Below, one piece after another: positions 48,993 through 58,512 of a stretch of 64,000 nucleotides of DNA (positions within the stretch are counted from its first letter, which is position 1; each line of letters opens with the position of its first letter). Made by a program: the position numbers and the translations under genes. The notes under the pieces were generated by a model that saw nothing but the letters and a program-made list of their open reading frames with translations, had not been told where the DNA came from and made no database searches. The stretch is from an uncultured Lachnospiraceae bacterium. GTDB taxonomy: Bacteria > Bacillota > Clostridia > UBA1381. The stretch lies in the NCBI GenBank assembly GCA_964503455.1, contig CAZCZR010000001.1, forward strand, positions 25,234 through 89,233, written 5' to 3'.

Positions 48993-49688
48993 ATGTCAAC
49001 CAAAAACATACTTGTAGATTTTAAAACGGGAAAGAATACCATATCAGAACTTACTGCACTGGGATATAATGTCATAACAACACAAAAGCACAGCTCATTA
49101 TATGAATCGGTCTGCGGACACAGTGACATGACACTTTTCAGAAGCAGTGGCGGTGTATTTGTATGCGCACCGGAGATGTACGATTATTATAAGGATGTGC
49201 TTTCGGGTAAGCTGATAAAAGGCAAAAAAACGGTAGGCGGACAATATCCCGACGATATACCGTATAACGTTGCAGATGTTGGCGGATACCTGATACATAA
49301 CACGCGCTTTACTGATCCGGAAATTCTGAATCTTTACAGCAGTGATAAAATCATCTATGTCCGCCAAGGTTATGCCAAATGCAGTATATGCGCGGCAGGC
49401 ACTGCTGTAATCACGTCAGACAGCGGAATTTGTAAGGCGCTTGCAAATACAGCTGATATAGACGTTTTAAAAATACGTGAGGGATATATAAGACTTGACG
49501 GAATTAACAACGGTTTTATCGGCGGCGCAACAGGTTTTGTAGACGGCACAGTGTTTGTAAACGGAAATCTTTCAAGGCATCCTGACGGAGATATGATAAC
49601 GGCATTTTTAAAAAACCACGGTATTGACGTCATTTCGCTTACAAATGGCGATATAGTAGATATAGGCACAATAATACCTCTTTTTTGA
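48993..49688 (+). CDS. Conserved-looking hypothetical protein (231 aa), no confidently recognised domain
   Basis: Uninterrupted ORF with normal composition and motifs CGHSDM, YPDDIPYNVA and GFIGGATGF. No TM segment or signal peptide. Confidence 0.7.
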   Translation: MSTKNILVDFKTGKNTISELTALGYNVITTQKHSSLYESVCGHSDMTLFRSSGGVFVCAPEMYDYYKDVLSGKLIKGKKTVGGQYPDDIPYNVADVGGYLIHNTRFTDPEILNLYSSDKIIYVRQGYAKCSICAAGTAVITSDSGICKALANTADIDVLKIREGYIRLDGINNGFIGGATGFVDGTVFVNGNLSRHPDGDMITAFLKNHGIDVISLTNGDIVDIGTIIPLF

Positions 49689-49792
49689 AAAAAATACTGT
49701 TCTGATTCTGTTAAAGAGCGATTTATCTGAATTTAATTTTCTGATTTTGTTTTATGGAAATTGACTCCCCGATATTAACCAATCAAAAATAA

Positions 49793-49820
49793 CAGGGGCG
49801 GCACATTTTGCCTGCCCCTG
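49793..49820. terminator. Bidirectional terminator between convergent genes
   Basis: Stem CAGGGGCGGCA / TGCC(T)GCCCCTG with A-rich and T-rich flanks. Confidence 0.6.
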
Positions 49821-49828
49821 TAAAATAA

Positions 49829-50113
49829 TTATTCATCAAATTTGCTTCTATAAGAGTACTCCGGAGGATGAATATCATCCTTGCGGGGCTTTTTTAATAC
49901 AGTGTACTTGATAAACTCGTAAATCTTCATGCATAAAAGTAATATGACTCCCAGCGCTATACATATTCCCGAGACCCAAAGACCTATATCTGCAGCAATC
50001 GTTCTTGCGGTTACGACTGTCGTATCCTGCCATCTCGGGCCAAGCGCCAGCACCACAGTTGATAAAATTGCAAAAAACAGTGTTATAGCTCCTATTATTT
50101 TATATTTAAGCAT
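49829..50113 (-). CDS. Small two-TM membrane protein (hypothetical)
   Basis: Two hydrophobic helices (IIGAITLFFAILSTVVLAL; IGLWVSGICIALGVILLLCM). Its start overlaps the SPFH gene stop as TAATG, which suggests translational coupling. Confidence 0.6.
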   Translation of the reverse strand: MLKYKIIGAITLFFAILSTVVLALGPRWQDTTVVTARTIAADIGLWVSGICIALGVILLLCMKIYEFIKYTVLKKPRKDDIHPPEYSYRSKFDE

Positions 50114-50997
50114 TACTTATCACTTACCATTTCCTTAAGAGATGCGGCAAGTCCTGCCACGCCCTGTATATCCGAAGGGATAATTATCTTTGTAGCCTTA
50201 CCGTCCGCTGCCTTTTCAAAGCTTTCGAGCGCCTTCATTGAAATATAAGCCTTGGACGGATTTGCCTCGTTTATTCTCTTTATACCCTCAGCAACGGCTG
50301 TCTGCACCGTAAGGATAGCCTCGGCTTCGCCCTCCGCCTCTTTGATAGCGGACTGCTTTTTAGCCTCTGCGCGAAGAATAGCCGATTCCTTTTCGCCTTC
50401 CGCCATAAGGATAGCTGACTTCTTTTCACCCTCTGCGCGGAGTATGGATTCGCGTCTTTCACGCTCTGCTTTCATCTGCTTCTCCATGGCGTCCTGTATC
50501 TCGCGCGGAGGAAGAATGTTTTTAAGCTCCACTCTGCCTATCTTGATGCCCCATGCATCGGTAGCTTCATCGAGTATCGAGCGCATTTTCGTGTTTATAG
50601 TATCTCTTGAAGTAAGCGTTTCGTCAAGCTCCAACTCGCCTATGATGTTACGAAGAGTTGTCGCCGTAAGATTTTCTATAGCCATCATCGGGCGCTCAAC
50701 GCCATAGGTGTACAGCTTTGGATCGGTGATCTGATAATAGATTACCGTATCGATCTGCATGGTCACGTTATCCTTTGTGATAACGGGCTGCGGCGGAAAG
50801 TCCGCTACGTGTTCTTTAAGGCTTACTTTTTTTGAAATCCTGTCAACGAAAGGCACTTTAATGTGTATGCCTACTCCCCACGTCTGATAATATCCGCCCA
50901 GACGTTCTATAATATAAGCGTGTGCCTGCGGAACTATTTTGATATTTGACAGTACAAGTATTATTATCAAAACCAATAAAATCAACAGAATATACAT
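50113..50997 (-). CDS. SPFH/Band 7 (stomatin/prohibitin-like) protein
   Basis: N-terminal TM anchor, SPFH core (IKIVPQAHAYIIERLGGY...VTMQIDTVIYYQITDP...) and a C-terminal EA-rich coiled coil. Confidence 0.92.
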   Translation of the reverse strand: MYILLILLVLIIILVLSNIKIVPQAHAYIIERLGGYYQTWGVGIHIKVPFVDRISKKVSLKEHVADFPPQPVITKDNVTMQIDTVIYYQITDPKLYTYGVERPMMAIENLTATTLRNIIGELELDETLTSRDTINTKMRSILDEATDAWGIKIGRVELKNILPPREIQDAMEKQMKAERERRESILRAEGEKKSAILMAEGEKESAILRAEAKKQSAIKEAEGEAEAILTVQTAVAEGIKRINEANPSKAYISMKALESFEKAADGKATKIIIPSDIQGVAGLAASLKEMVSDK

Positions 50998-51009
50998 TTT
51001 TTCTCTCCT

Positions 51010-51660
51010 TTAATTAATGTCTGCTTTTTTTCTGACTATGAGCTTTACGCCGTCAATTTTTTCGATAACGGGCTTTTCGCCCGCAGGTATGGGTTTATTG
51101 TCGTAGCTTCTGGCTGTCCAGTACATACCGTTCACTTTGACCTGACCTTTGGCGTTTATATTGTCAATGTCCTCGGTCACAAGCGCTGTCTTACCAATAA
51201 GACCGTCAGCATTGGTGTATTCGCGTTTGCCTTTTGTGAGCTTTTTCACTATAGGGCGTGTAACGGCAAGCATTACTATGGAAACTGCGATTGCCGCTAT
51301 AAGCTGAGCGATAGGTTTCTCGCCCGCAAGACACATCAAAAGTCCTGCCACCGCACCGACCGCAAACCATATCGATACAAGCTGATACGTCAAAATCTCA
51401 AGCACTGCAAGAACTACTACGGCTATAAGCCAGTAAATACTGTTCATATCTGTAATGCTTCCAACCTCCTTTCCCATCGGCATTGCGGCAAATGCGCTTA
51501 TGCTCATTATAACAATGCACGCTGCGCATATGGCGACAGCCGAAAACCTTTTTCCCGAAGTTTTTTTCTTTACGGACTGCGTTTCGTTTTCGAGTCGTTG
51601 TTCGATCTTCTTTTTCAGATCTTTATCGGCGGTAATGTTGTCAAACAGACGATCATACAT
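51010..51660 (-). CDS. NfeD-family membrane protein with an extra N-terminal anti-sigma-like segment
   Basis: Residues ~72-216 form a typical short NfeD (MNSIYWLIAVVVLAVLEILT..., C-terminal OB fold GKTALVTEDI...GQVKVNGMYWTARS). Residues 1-71 add a soluble helix plus one TM helix. The start overlaps the sigma factor stop (ATGTATGA). Confidence 0.85.
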   Translation of the reverse strand: MYDRLFDNITADKDLKKKIEQRLENETQSVKKKTSGKRFSAVAICAACIVIMSISAFAAMPMGKEVGSITDMNSIYWLIAVVVLAVLEILTYQLVSIWFAVGAVAGLLMCLAGEKPIAQLIAAIAVSIVMLAVTRPIVKKLTKGKREYTNADGLIGKTALVTEDIDNINAKGQVKVNGMYWTARSYDNKPIPAGEKPVIEKIDGVKLIVRKKADIN

Positions 51661-52144
51661 GAGAAAAACCTCCTTCGTTTATTAGTCTGCACAGAATCCC
51701 GCGTCCGCGTGCAAGCTGCGACCTGACAGTGCCTTCGCGGATATTCAGCATACGCGCTATCTCAATAGAGCTGTAGCCCTCATAGTAATAGAGATATATG
51801 ACTATGCGGTACTTTGGCGGCAGACGCATAATATCATCCATAAGTCGTATATCATCATCGCAGGTGCAGTATTGATAAACGTCACATTCAGATATTGGAA
51901 CGCGTTTTGCCCATCTGCTTTTTAAAAGGTCTTTGCAGGTATTGACGGTCATGCGTATAAGGTAAGCCTTTTCATGATCGCAGTCGTAAAACTGCGGATC
52001 GTTTTCAAACAGCTTCACAAATACATCGGATACAATATCCTCGGCATCGCTTTTATTTTTTGAGTAAGACAGAGCGAGACGAAATATCATATCGGCGTAC
52101 TTATCATACATATCCGAAAAATACTGCCTCTGTTCGGCGGTCAT
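51653..52144 (-). CDS. ECF-type RNA polymerase sigma-70 family factor
   Basis: Region 2 (YADMIFRLALSYSKNKSDAEDIVSDVFVKLF) and region 4 HTH (YSSIEIARMLNIREGTVRSQLARGR). ATG 52144 is preceded by GGAGAA. Confidence 0.9.
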   Translation of the reverse strand: MTAEQRQYFSDMYDKYADMIFRLALSYSKNKSDAEDIVSDVFVKLFENDPQFYDCDHEKAYLIRMTVNTCKDLLKSRWAKRVPISECDVYQYCTCDDDIRLMDDIMRLPPKYRIVIYLYYYEGYSSIEIARMLNIREGTVRSQLARGRGILCRLINEGGFSHV

Positions 52145-52393
52145 ATATTTTTGTTCTCCTTCCCTATTTCTTTTCTGCGCTTTCTGTAATAAAAACGATT
52201 CTGAAAGCTGAAATGCTGCATTATACATATAAAAAAATTATTTTTGTTTATATTTTATCATAACCTAGCCTTTTTTGCAATAGATATTTATAAAAAATTC
52301 ATAAATATGAAATAAGAAAATACTATTGCATTTTAATATTCTATAATATATAATTAATACAGTAAAAAATTATACTCCGGAAAGGACACGGTT

Positions 52394-53881
52394 ATGGAGA
52401 AAAAAACGTTGTACAGAAAAACACCTATAATGGGTTGGGCATCGTGGAATTGTTTTCGCACGAATATAAGCGAGGATGTGATAAAGGAACAGATCGATGC
52501 TCTGATTTCTACGGGTCTTGCGGAATACGGATATGAGTACGTCAATATAGATGACGGCTTTTTCGGAGGCAGAGACTCGTCCGGGAGGCTTCAAATACAT
52601 AAAACACGTTTCCCTAACGGCATAAAAGTGATTGCCGATTATGCTCACAAATGCGGACTTAAAGCGGGAATATATGCCGAAGGCGGTGACAAGACCTGCG
52701 GCTATTACTATGACGCGGAGGGTGAAAACGGATGCGATGTAGGATTATACGGCCACGAAAAGCAGGACCTTGAGATGTATCTTGACGAGTTTGGCTTTGA
52801 TTTTATAAAGGTGGACTGGTGCGGAGGAGTCCGTCTTGGACTTGATGAGCGGGAGCAGTATTCGAAAATAGGCGCTATTATTGATGATATACGCCGCCGC
52901 ACAGGAAGGTGTATAGTTTACAATATTTGCCGTTGGCAGTTTCCGGGTGCGTGGGCGGCTGAAATTGCCGACTCATGGAGAACGGGTGCGGATATAACGC
53001 CTGACTTTGAGTCGGTACTGCATCAGATAGACAATATCAAGCCTTTGGCAAAGTACTGTTCGCCCGGGCACGTGAACGACCCTGATATGATGCAGCTCGG
53101 CAACGGCATGAGCTTTGTCGAGGAAAAGACGCATTTTATAATGTGGTGTATGGCGTCTGCGCCGCTTGTGATAGGCTGTGACCTGACCAAGATCTCTCCC
53201 GCAACTCTCTCAATACTGAAAAACAAGGAGCTTATTGCCATCAATCAGGATAAAGCGTGTATTCAGGCGTTTGTAGTCAAAGAGCTGCGCTCAGATACAG
53301 GAGAGCTTTTGGGTGAAGTATGGATAAAGGATCTCGGCTGCAAAAACTCACCTGAAAAAGCTGTGGTGCTTTTAAACAGGTCCTCTTCCCCGCTGAATAT
53401 TTCGGTTTCATTTGAAGATGCCGGTCTTTTTGGAAAAATACTTTCTCAAAGAGATATTTGGCTTCATGAAGAGCTGCCTGTGGAGAAAACGATTTCTAAA
53501 ACGGTCGGAGCGCATGATACGGCTGTATTTCGGATAAAGAGCGAATACGCAGCGGAGGTCAAGGACATAAATGCCGTATCCGACGATATAGCACCGCCGT
53601 CAGCAAGAATGATAGACAAAGCGGATGCGCTCAGACTTGCTGCAGACGGAGCATATCTTGTTGACGTGCGCACAAAGGAAGAATATGCTGCCGGTCATCC
53701 GGACGGAGCCGTGAATCTTCCCTACAGCGACATACACGCCATAGCCGAGCGCTTTTTGCCCGATAAGAATAAAACCGTAATAGTATACTGCTCAACCGGA
53801 AAACGAAGTGATCAGGCGAGATCAAGTCTGGAATGTCTGGGATACAAGGATATACGCTGTATGGTATGGGAAAATTTATAA
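52394..53881 (+). CDS. GH27 alpha-galactosidase fused to a C-terminal rhodanese domain
   Basis: N-terminal TPIMGWASWNCF, YEYVNIDDGF and FIKVDWCG motifs (GH27). The last ~95 aa (YLVDVRTKEEYAAGHPDGAVNLPY...VIVYCSTGKRSDQA) form a rhodanese fold with the active-site loop C-S-T-G-K-R. Confidence 0.88.
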   Translation: MEKKTLYRKTPIMGWASWNCFRTNISEDVIKEQIDALISTGLAEYGYEYVNIDDGFFGGRDSSGRLQIHKTRFPNGIKVIADYAHKCGLKAGIYAEGGDKTCGYYYDAEGENGCDVGLYGHEKQDLEMYLDEFGFDFIKVDWCGGVRLGLDEREQYSKIGAIIDDIRRRTGRCIVYNICRWQFPGAWAAEIADSWRTGADITPDFESVLHQIDNIKPLAKYCSPGHVNDPDMMQLGNGMSFVEEKTHFIMWCMASAPLVIGCDLTKISPATLSILKNKELIAINQDKACIQAFVVKELRSDTGELLGEVWIKDLGCKNSPEKAVVLLNRSSSPLNISVSFEDAGLFGKILSQRDIWLHEELPVEKTISKTVGAHDTAVFRIKSEYAAEVKDINAVSDDIAPPSARMIDKADALRLAADGAYLVDVRTKEEYAAGHPDGAVNLPYSDIHAIAERFLPDKNKTVIVYCSTGKRSDQARSSLECLGYKDIRCMVWENL

Positions 53882-53893
53882 AAATATAACAAT

Positions 53894-53936
53894 AACACCG
53901 CGCACGGCATTATAAAGCTGTTCGCGGTGTTATTTT
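53894..53936. terminator. Rho-independent terminator shared by the alpha-galactosidase gene (+) and the tRNA (-)
   Basis: 9-bp stem AACACCGCG / CGCGGTGTT followed by ATTTT. Confidence 0.65.
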
Positions 53937-54012
53937 GGTACAGACGGCGGGATTCGAACCCGCGGTCTCAGGAGTCGGAGTCCTGCACTCTATCCGGCTG
54001 AGCTACGCCTGC
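53936..54012 (-). tRNA. tRNA-Arg (anticodon CCG), CCA encoded
   Basis: The reverse complement is GCAGGCGTAGCTCAGCCGGATAGAGTGCAGGACTCCGACTCCTGAGACCGCGGGTTCGAATCCCGCCGTCTGTACCA. It has a D-loop AGCTCAGCCGGATAGAG, an anticodon stem CAGGA/TCCTG with loop CTCCGAC, and a T-arm GCGGGTTCGAATCCCGC. Confidence 0.9.
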
Positions 54013-54066
54013 ATATCACCGGAGTCTGTATGTTTTGCTCCGGTATAATTTTAATGAATTTAAAAG

Positions 54067-55284
54067 CTATAAAGTAACACGGTGGTACTTCTTTTTGCCC
54101 TTTTTGATTATCATGCTGCCGTCTTTGAACATATCCTCTGTCACAACGGCGTTGGGGTCGGTCGCTTTTTCATCGTTGATTGACAGACCGTTTTGCTGTA
54201 TAAGACGTCTTGCCTCTCCTTTGGAAGGAACGAGCTTTGTTAAAAGAAGCATATCAAGCAGTCCCATACCAACGGCATCGGGAATATTTGTTGTGGGCAT
54301 ATCATCAGACACATCACCGCTGCCGAATACAGCCTCGGCTGTCTTTTTGCATTTTTCGGCTTCATCTTCCCCATGCACGAGCTTGGTTACCTCGTATGCA
54401 AGACGGCGCTTCGCTTCGTTAAGCTCTCTGCCCTCCCAATTAGCCATTTCGTTTATCTCCTCCATGGGTACAAACGTGAGCAGCTTAAGGCAATTTATAA
54501 CATCGGCGTCCTGAACATTCACCCAATACTGATAAAAATCGTAGGGCGTTGTCTTTGCCGGATCAAGCCATATGGCACCGCCGGCTGTCTTGCCCATTTT
54601 CTTGCCTTCGCTTGTGGTAAGAAGCGTAAATGTCATGCCATATACCTGTTTTTGATCCTTTCTTCGGCAAAGGTCAATACCGCCTAAAATATTGCTCCAT
54701 TGGTCATCGCCGCCAAGCTCCATTTTACAGCCGTACTTCCTTGAGAGCATCAAAAAATCATAGCTTTGCATCAGCATATAGTTAAACTCAAGGAAGGAAA
54801 GTCCCTTTTCAAGTCTTTGCTTGAAACATTCGGCCGTAAGCATTTTGTTTACCGAGAAGCACGTGCCTATATCTCTTAAAAAATCAATATAATTGAGATC
54901 TAAAAGCCAGTCGGCGTTGTTGACCATGATCGCTTTTCCGTCGGAAAAGTCCACTACGCTTGAAAGCTGCTTTTTGAAACATTCGCAGTTATGCTCGATA
55001 ATTTCCTTAGTCATCATCTGGCGCATATCCGTCCTGCCTGTAGGATCGCCGACAAATCCGGTGCCTCCGCCGACAAGAGCAATGGGTCTGTGTCCGTAAT
55101 CCTGCATATGCTTCATAACAACCATCTGCAAAAAATGACCTACGTGCAAGCTGTCCGCCGTCGGGTCGAAGCCTATATAAAATGTGACCTTCTCCCTGCC
55201 GAGAAGCTCTCTTATTTCCTTGTCATGCGTGGTCTGTGCTATAAGACCGCGCTCCTTTAAAACGTCATATACATTTCCGTTCAT
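54067..55284 (-). CDS. tyrS: Tyrosine--tRNA ligase
   Basis: HIGH-type motif (DSLHVGHF), KMSKS-type motif (KKMGKT) and a C-terminal S4-like domain ([18 protein letters not shown]). Confidence 0.96.
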   Translation of the reverse strand: MNGNVYDVLKERGLIAQTTHDKEIRELLGREKVTFYIGFDPTADSLHVGHFLQMVVMKHMQDYGHRPIALVGGGTGFVGDPTGRTDMRQMMTKEIIEHNCECFKKQLSSVVDFSDGKAIMVNNADWLLDLNYIDFLRDIGTCFSVNKMLTAECFKQRLEKGLSFLEFNYMLMQSYDFLMLSRKYGCKMELGGDDQWSNILGGIDLCRRKDQKQVYGMTFTLLTTSEGKKMGKTAGGAIWLDPAKTTPYDFYQYWVNVQDADVINCLKLLTFVPMEEINEMANWEGRELNEAKRRLAYEVTKLVHGEDEAEKCKKTAEAVFGSGDVSDDMPTTNIPDAVGMGLLDMLLLTKLVPSKGEARRLIQQNGLSINDEKATDPNAVVTEDMFKDGSMIIKKGKKKYHRVTL

Positions 55285-55345
55285 TTGTTGTCCTCCAAAA
55301 AATATATTGAGCGGTTTCTTGATATGAAAACACTCATATTTTACA

Positions 55346-55374
55346 ATTATACACTATATTTTCCGAAAATGCAA
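55346..55374 (-). promoter_or_regulatory. Sigma-A type promoter upstream of tyrS (TTGCAT-17-TATAAT on the minus strand)
   Basis: Minus-strand TTGCAT 55374-55369, 17-nt spacer, TATAAT 55351-55346, inside the 110-nt hydG-tyrS gap. Confidence 0.45.
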
Positions 55375-55394
55375 TAGCTTTTTAGAAATTTCCC

Positions 55395-56813
55395 TTAGAA
55401 TCTGAAGTCGCGGCTGCCGTTGGCTATATCGTAAATATGCTGTCTGGCAACCTCTCTTACCTTTTCTTTGGGTATATTTTCAAGCTCTTTGGCGATAAGC
55501 GCATCGCCTTTTGCCTTTGTTTCGGGAGAAGCATAGTCCTCAAGATATTCCTTCAGCGTCATAAGCGCGTTGGGGTGACAGCAGTTTTGTATCTGACCGG
55601 CCTTGCAAAGGCTCATAAAGCGGTCGCCTGTTCTTCCCTCTCTGTAACACGCTGTGCAGAAACTGGGTATATATCCAAGATCCATAAGCCATGAAATCAC
55701 CTCGTCGAGAGTTCTGTTATCATTAACGTCAAACTGCGATGTATCCTCCTCGTCCGGCTCTGGCTCGCAATAGCCGCCTACACTCGTTTTCGAGGCGCCG
55801 CTTATCTGCGATATACCGAGATCAAGCACCTTTTCACGGGTTTTGCGCGATTCTCTTGTTGATATAATCATGCCGGTATACGGAACGGCGATCCTTATTA
55901 CGGCGACTATCTTTTGGAAAATCTCGTCTGAAACAGCGTCCGCAAAATCTTCGGGATCAATATCATCCGCCGGTCTTATTCTTGGAACGCTTATCGTATG
56001 CGGACCGACTCCGAACACAGCCTCCAGATGCTCCGCGTGCATAAGCAGTCCCACAAAATCATACTTGTACATGGTAAGTCCGAACAGAACGCCCATTCCC
56101 ACATCATCTATGCCGCCTTCCTGCGCACGGTCCATAGCCTCTGTATGATACGCGTAATCATGCTTGGGTCCGGTTGGGTGAAGCGCCTCGTAATTTTTCT
56201 TGTTGTAGGTCTCCTGAAAAAGAATATATGTTCCTATACCGGCTTCCTTGAGTTTTTTGTAGTTTTCAACGCTGGTGGCGGCTATGTTTACATTTACGCG
56301 TCTGATAGCGCCGTTTTTATGCTTGATGGAATATATGGTTTTAATGCTTTCGAGAACATACTCGATAGGATTATTTACAGGGTCCTCGCCTGTTTCCAGA
56401 GCAAGCCGTTTGTGGCCCATATCCTGAAGCGCGATAACCTCTTTTTCGATTTCCTCTTGAGTCAGCTTCTTTCTGGGAATATGTTTGTTCTTATAGTGAT
56501 AAGGACAGTAAGTGCAGCCGTTCACACAGTAATTGGACAGATACAGCGGCGCAAACATAACTATACGGTTGCCGTATAGCTTTTGCTTTATGCGCTTTGC
56601 AAGATGGAACATTTCCTCAACGAGATCCGGCTGGTCACATTCAAGCAAAACAGCCGCCTCACGGTGAGTAAGTCCCTTACAGTCCTCGGCGCGCGCAATA
56701 AGCGACTTGATAAGCTCACGGTCTGACTTATGCTTTTCAGCGTATTCGAGTGTGTCGAGTATTTCCTCGTGACTGATAAATTCCTCGGCTTTCATAGATT
56801 TAACATCGTACAT
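55395..56813 (-). CDS. hydG: [FeFe]-hydrogenase H-cluster maturase HydG (radical SAM tyrosine lyase, ThiH-like)
   Basis: Radical SAM CVNGCTYCPY, ThiH/HydG-like core and C-terminal Cys motif CTACYREGRTGDRF...CC. ATG 56813 with AAGAAGG upstream is preferred over GTG 56840. Confidence 0.92.
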   Translation of the reverse strand: MYDVKSMKAEEFISHEEILDTLEYAEKHKSDRELIKSLIARAEDCKGLTHREAAVLLECDQPDLVEEMFHLAKRIKQKLYGNRIVMFAPLYLSNYCVNGCTYCPYHYKNKHIPRKKLTQEEIEKEVIALQDMGHKRLALETGEDPVNNPIEYVLESIKTIYSIKHKNGAIRRVNVNIAATSVENYKKLKEAGIGTYILFQETYNKKNYEALHPTGPKHDYAYHTEAMDRAQEGGIDDVGMGVLFGLTMYKYDFVGLLMHAEHLEAVFGVGPHTISVPRIRPADDIDPEDFADAVSDEIFQKIVAVIRIAVPYTGMIISTRESRKTREKVLDLGISQISGASKTSVGGYCEPEPDEEDTSQFDVNDNRTLDEVISWLMDLGYIPSFCTACYREGRTGDRFMSLCKAGQIQNCCHPNALMTLKEYLEDYASPETKAKGDALIAKELENIPKEKVREVARQHIYDIANGSRDFRF

Positions 56814-57002
56814 TAAAAATGCCTTCTTTCGGTTGTGCACGCCGTCAAAAGCGGTATGCGGTATTGTTTTATATAATTGGTTTATATGCTATATGACTTG
56901 CATTAAGTGATTCATAGCAAAGAAAGCCGCTTAATGCAAACCGATGAATTGAATAAGCCCAATAAATAACGCCGAGGACTTACTCAATTCCATATACAGA
57001 TT

Positions 57003-57031
57003 ATTATACCATATCCGCACCGGAAATTCAA
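57003..57031 (-). promoter_or_regulatory. Sigma-A type promoter upstream of hydG (TTGAAT-17-TATAAT, minus strand)
   Basis: Minus-strand TTGAAT 57031-57026, 17-nt spacer, TATAAT 57008-57003. Part of a ~48-nt module repeated at 59485-59533. Confidence 0.5.
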
Positions 57032-57069
57032 TAGTTAATTTCAATATACGTTTGCATCTAAGTAATTTT

Positions 57070-58479
57070 TCATACAGACAGCGTATTTTGATCGTTAACC
57101 GGTTGAGCAACAGTTTTCTGTTTATAATTATCCTCACCCTCTGCAGCTGATTTCAGAAAAATGGTCTTTGTCGTCAGAAGTAAGATTTTAAAATCCAAAA
57201 AAAACGAATAATGAGTAATATAAAACAAGTCGTAGTATGTCCTGTCGCGGATATACGTTGAATATCTTCCGTAAACATGGGAAAGACTTGTAAGTCCTGC
57301 CTTTACTGCAAAACGGTAGTCATAATTTTCTATTTCAGCTTCAAATTGTTTAACAAACACCGGTCTTTCCGGCCTTGGCCCCACAATGCTCATATCACCT
57401 TTCAACACGTTCACCAGCTGCGGAAGCTCATCCATCCGGCACATACGCAAAATCTTCCCGACAGGCGTAATACGGGGGTCGTCTTTTTCGGAAAATTTCG
57501 GGCCGCACAATTTCTCGGCGTCCGGTATCATTGTACGAAACTTGTATATTTCAAATTCCTTTTTGTTTTTCGTCAGTCTGACTTGCTTATAAAAAACAGG
57601 TCCGGGTGATGTGATTTTAATGGCTGCCGAGATAAATGCCATGGGAATACTTGCAAAAATCAGTCCAATTGACGCAATAATAACATCCATTGTCCTTTTA
57701 ACCGCCAACTCAATATAAGACAAATTCTTTCTGTGCATATGCAGTGTCAACACATCATATAAGCGGACATAATGGGCGCTTGATTTTCCGACATCAATTA
57801 TTTTAGGCACAATAAACAAGTCTTTATTCAGCTCCGTCGCCTTATTCACCGCCAAACGATATTGAAATTCAGACAATCCGTCTAAAATGCAAACCGCATT
57901 ATAACGCGGAAACTGCTCTTCCACAAAATGCTGAAACGCCTCCGTATCCAAATCATCCATTCTTTCATACCATGAATCATAATCTTTCAGCACACCGTAT
58001 TTGATTCTTTTCATTCTGGCGAAATTTTCCGGCGCTGAATCAATAATCAATAATTTTGGCTTCCGATAGCGTTTTTGGTTGCTGAATATGCGGTTAAGCA
58101 AAAAATCCGCAACAAATATGCCGAAAAATTTAGCTGCCGCTATAATTGCATCGGCAATTAATTTGATTTGCGATGCAAAGAATATCAAATTTATAATACT
58201 GACAATTGCAAATGTGTATATACATGAAAGCGCTGTTATCACACATTTCTCATATACATTGGTAGAGGTTATTGTATATTTTTCAAGCAAATACATAAAT
58301 ACAACAGTTATAATGCCGTCAAGTATATAAAGCATTGTCATATTGCGCATACCGATCGGTCCGGTTTCCGGTAAAATATAATCAGCTGCCGCCAAAACAA
58401 CAAAAACTATCAAAAGGTCGAGAAAAAACTCATACCGATGTTCTTTTAAAAAATTGCGCACTTTTCGTTCCTTTGACAT
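57070..58479 (-). CDS. Polyprenyl-phosphate glycosyl-1-phosphate transferase (bacterial sugar transferase, WbaP/EpsL-like)
   Basis: N-terminal TM helices plus the conserved C-terminal catalytic domain (KRTMDVIIASIGLIF...PGPVFYKQVRLTKNKKEFEIYKFRTM...DELPQLVNVLKGDMSIVGPRP). Confidence 0.9.
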   Translation of the reverse strand: MSKERKVRNFLKEHRYEFFLDLLIVFVVLAAADYILPETGPIGMRNMTMLYILDGIITVVFMYLLEKYTITSTNVYEKCVITALSCIYTFAIVSIINLIFFASQIKLIADAIIAAAKFFGIFVADFLLNRIFSNQKRYRKPKLLIIDSAPENFARMKRIKYGVLKDYDSWYERMDDLDTEAFQHFVEEQFPRYNAVCILDGLSEFQYRLAVNKATELNKDLFIVPKIIDVGKSSAHYVRLYDVLTLHMHRKNLSYIELAVKRTMDVIIASIGLIFASIPMAFISAAIKITSPGPVFYKQVRLTKNKKEFEIYKFRTMIPDAEKLCGPKFSEKDDPRITPVGKILRMCRMDELPQLVNVLKGDMSIVGPRPERPVFVKQFEAEIENYDYRFAVKAGLTSLSHVYGRYSTYIRDRTYYDLFYITHYSFFLDFKILLLTTKTIFLKSAAEGEDNYKQKTVAQPVNDQNTLSV

Positions 58480-58512
58480 ATGAATTCTTCTTTCTTTAGA
58501 ATAAATGTAGTT

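Noticed and set aside
54035-54514. 159-aa plus-strand ORF next to the tRNA
   Set aside because: Antisense to tyrS, with a Ser/Phe-rich shadow translation.
55285-55394. Looked for a T-box leader upstream of tyrS, the classical T-box gene
   Set aside because: Only 110 nt are available, with no GGTGG.ACC T-box sequence, no specifier-loop context and no terminator. A plain promoter fits better.
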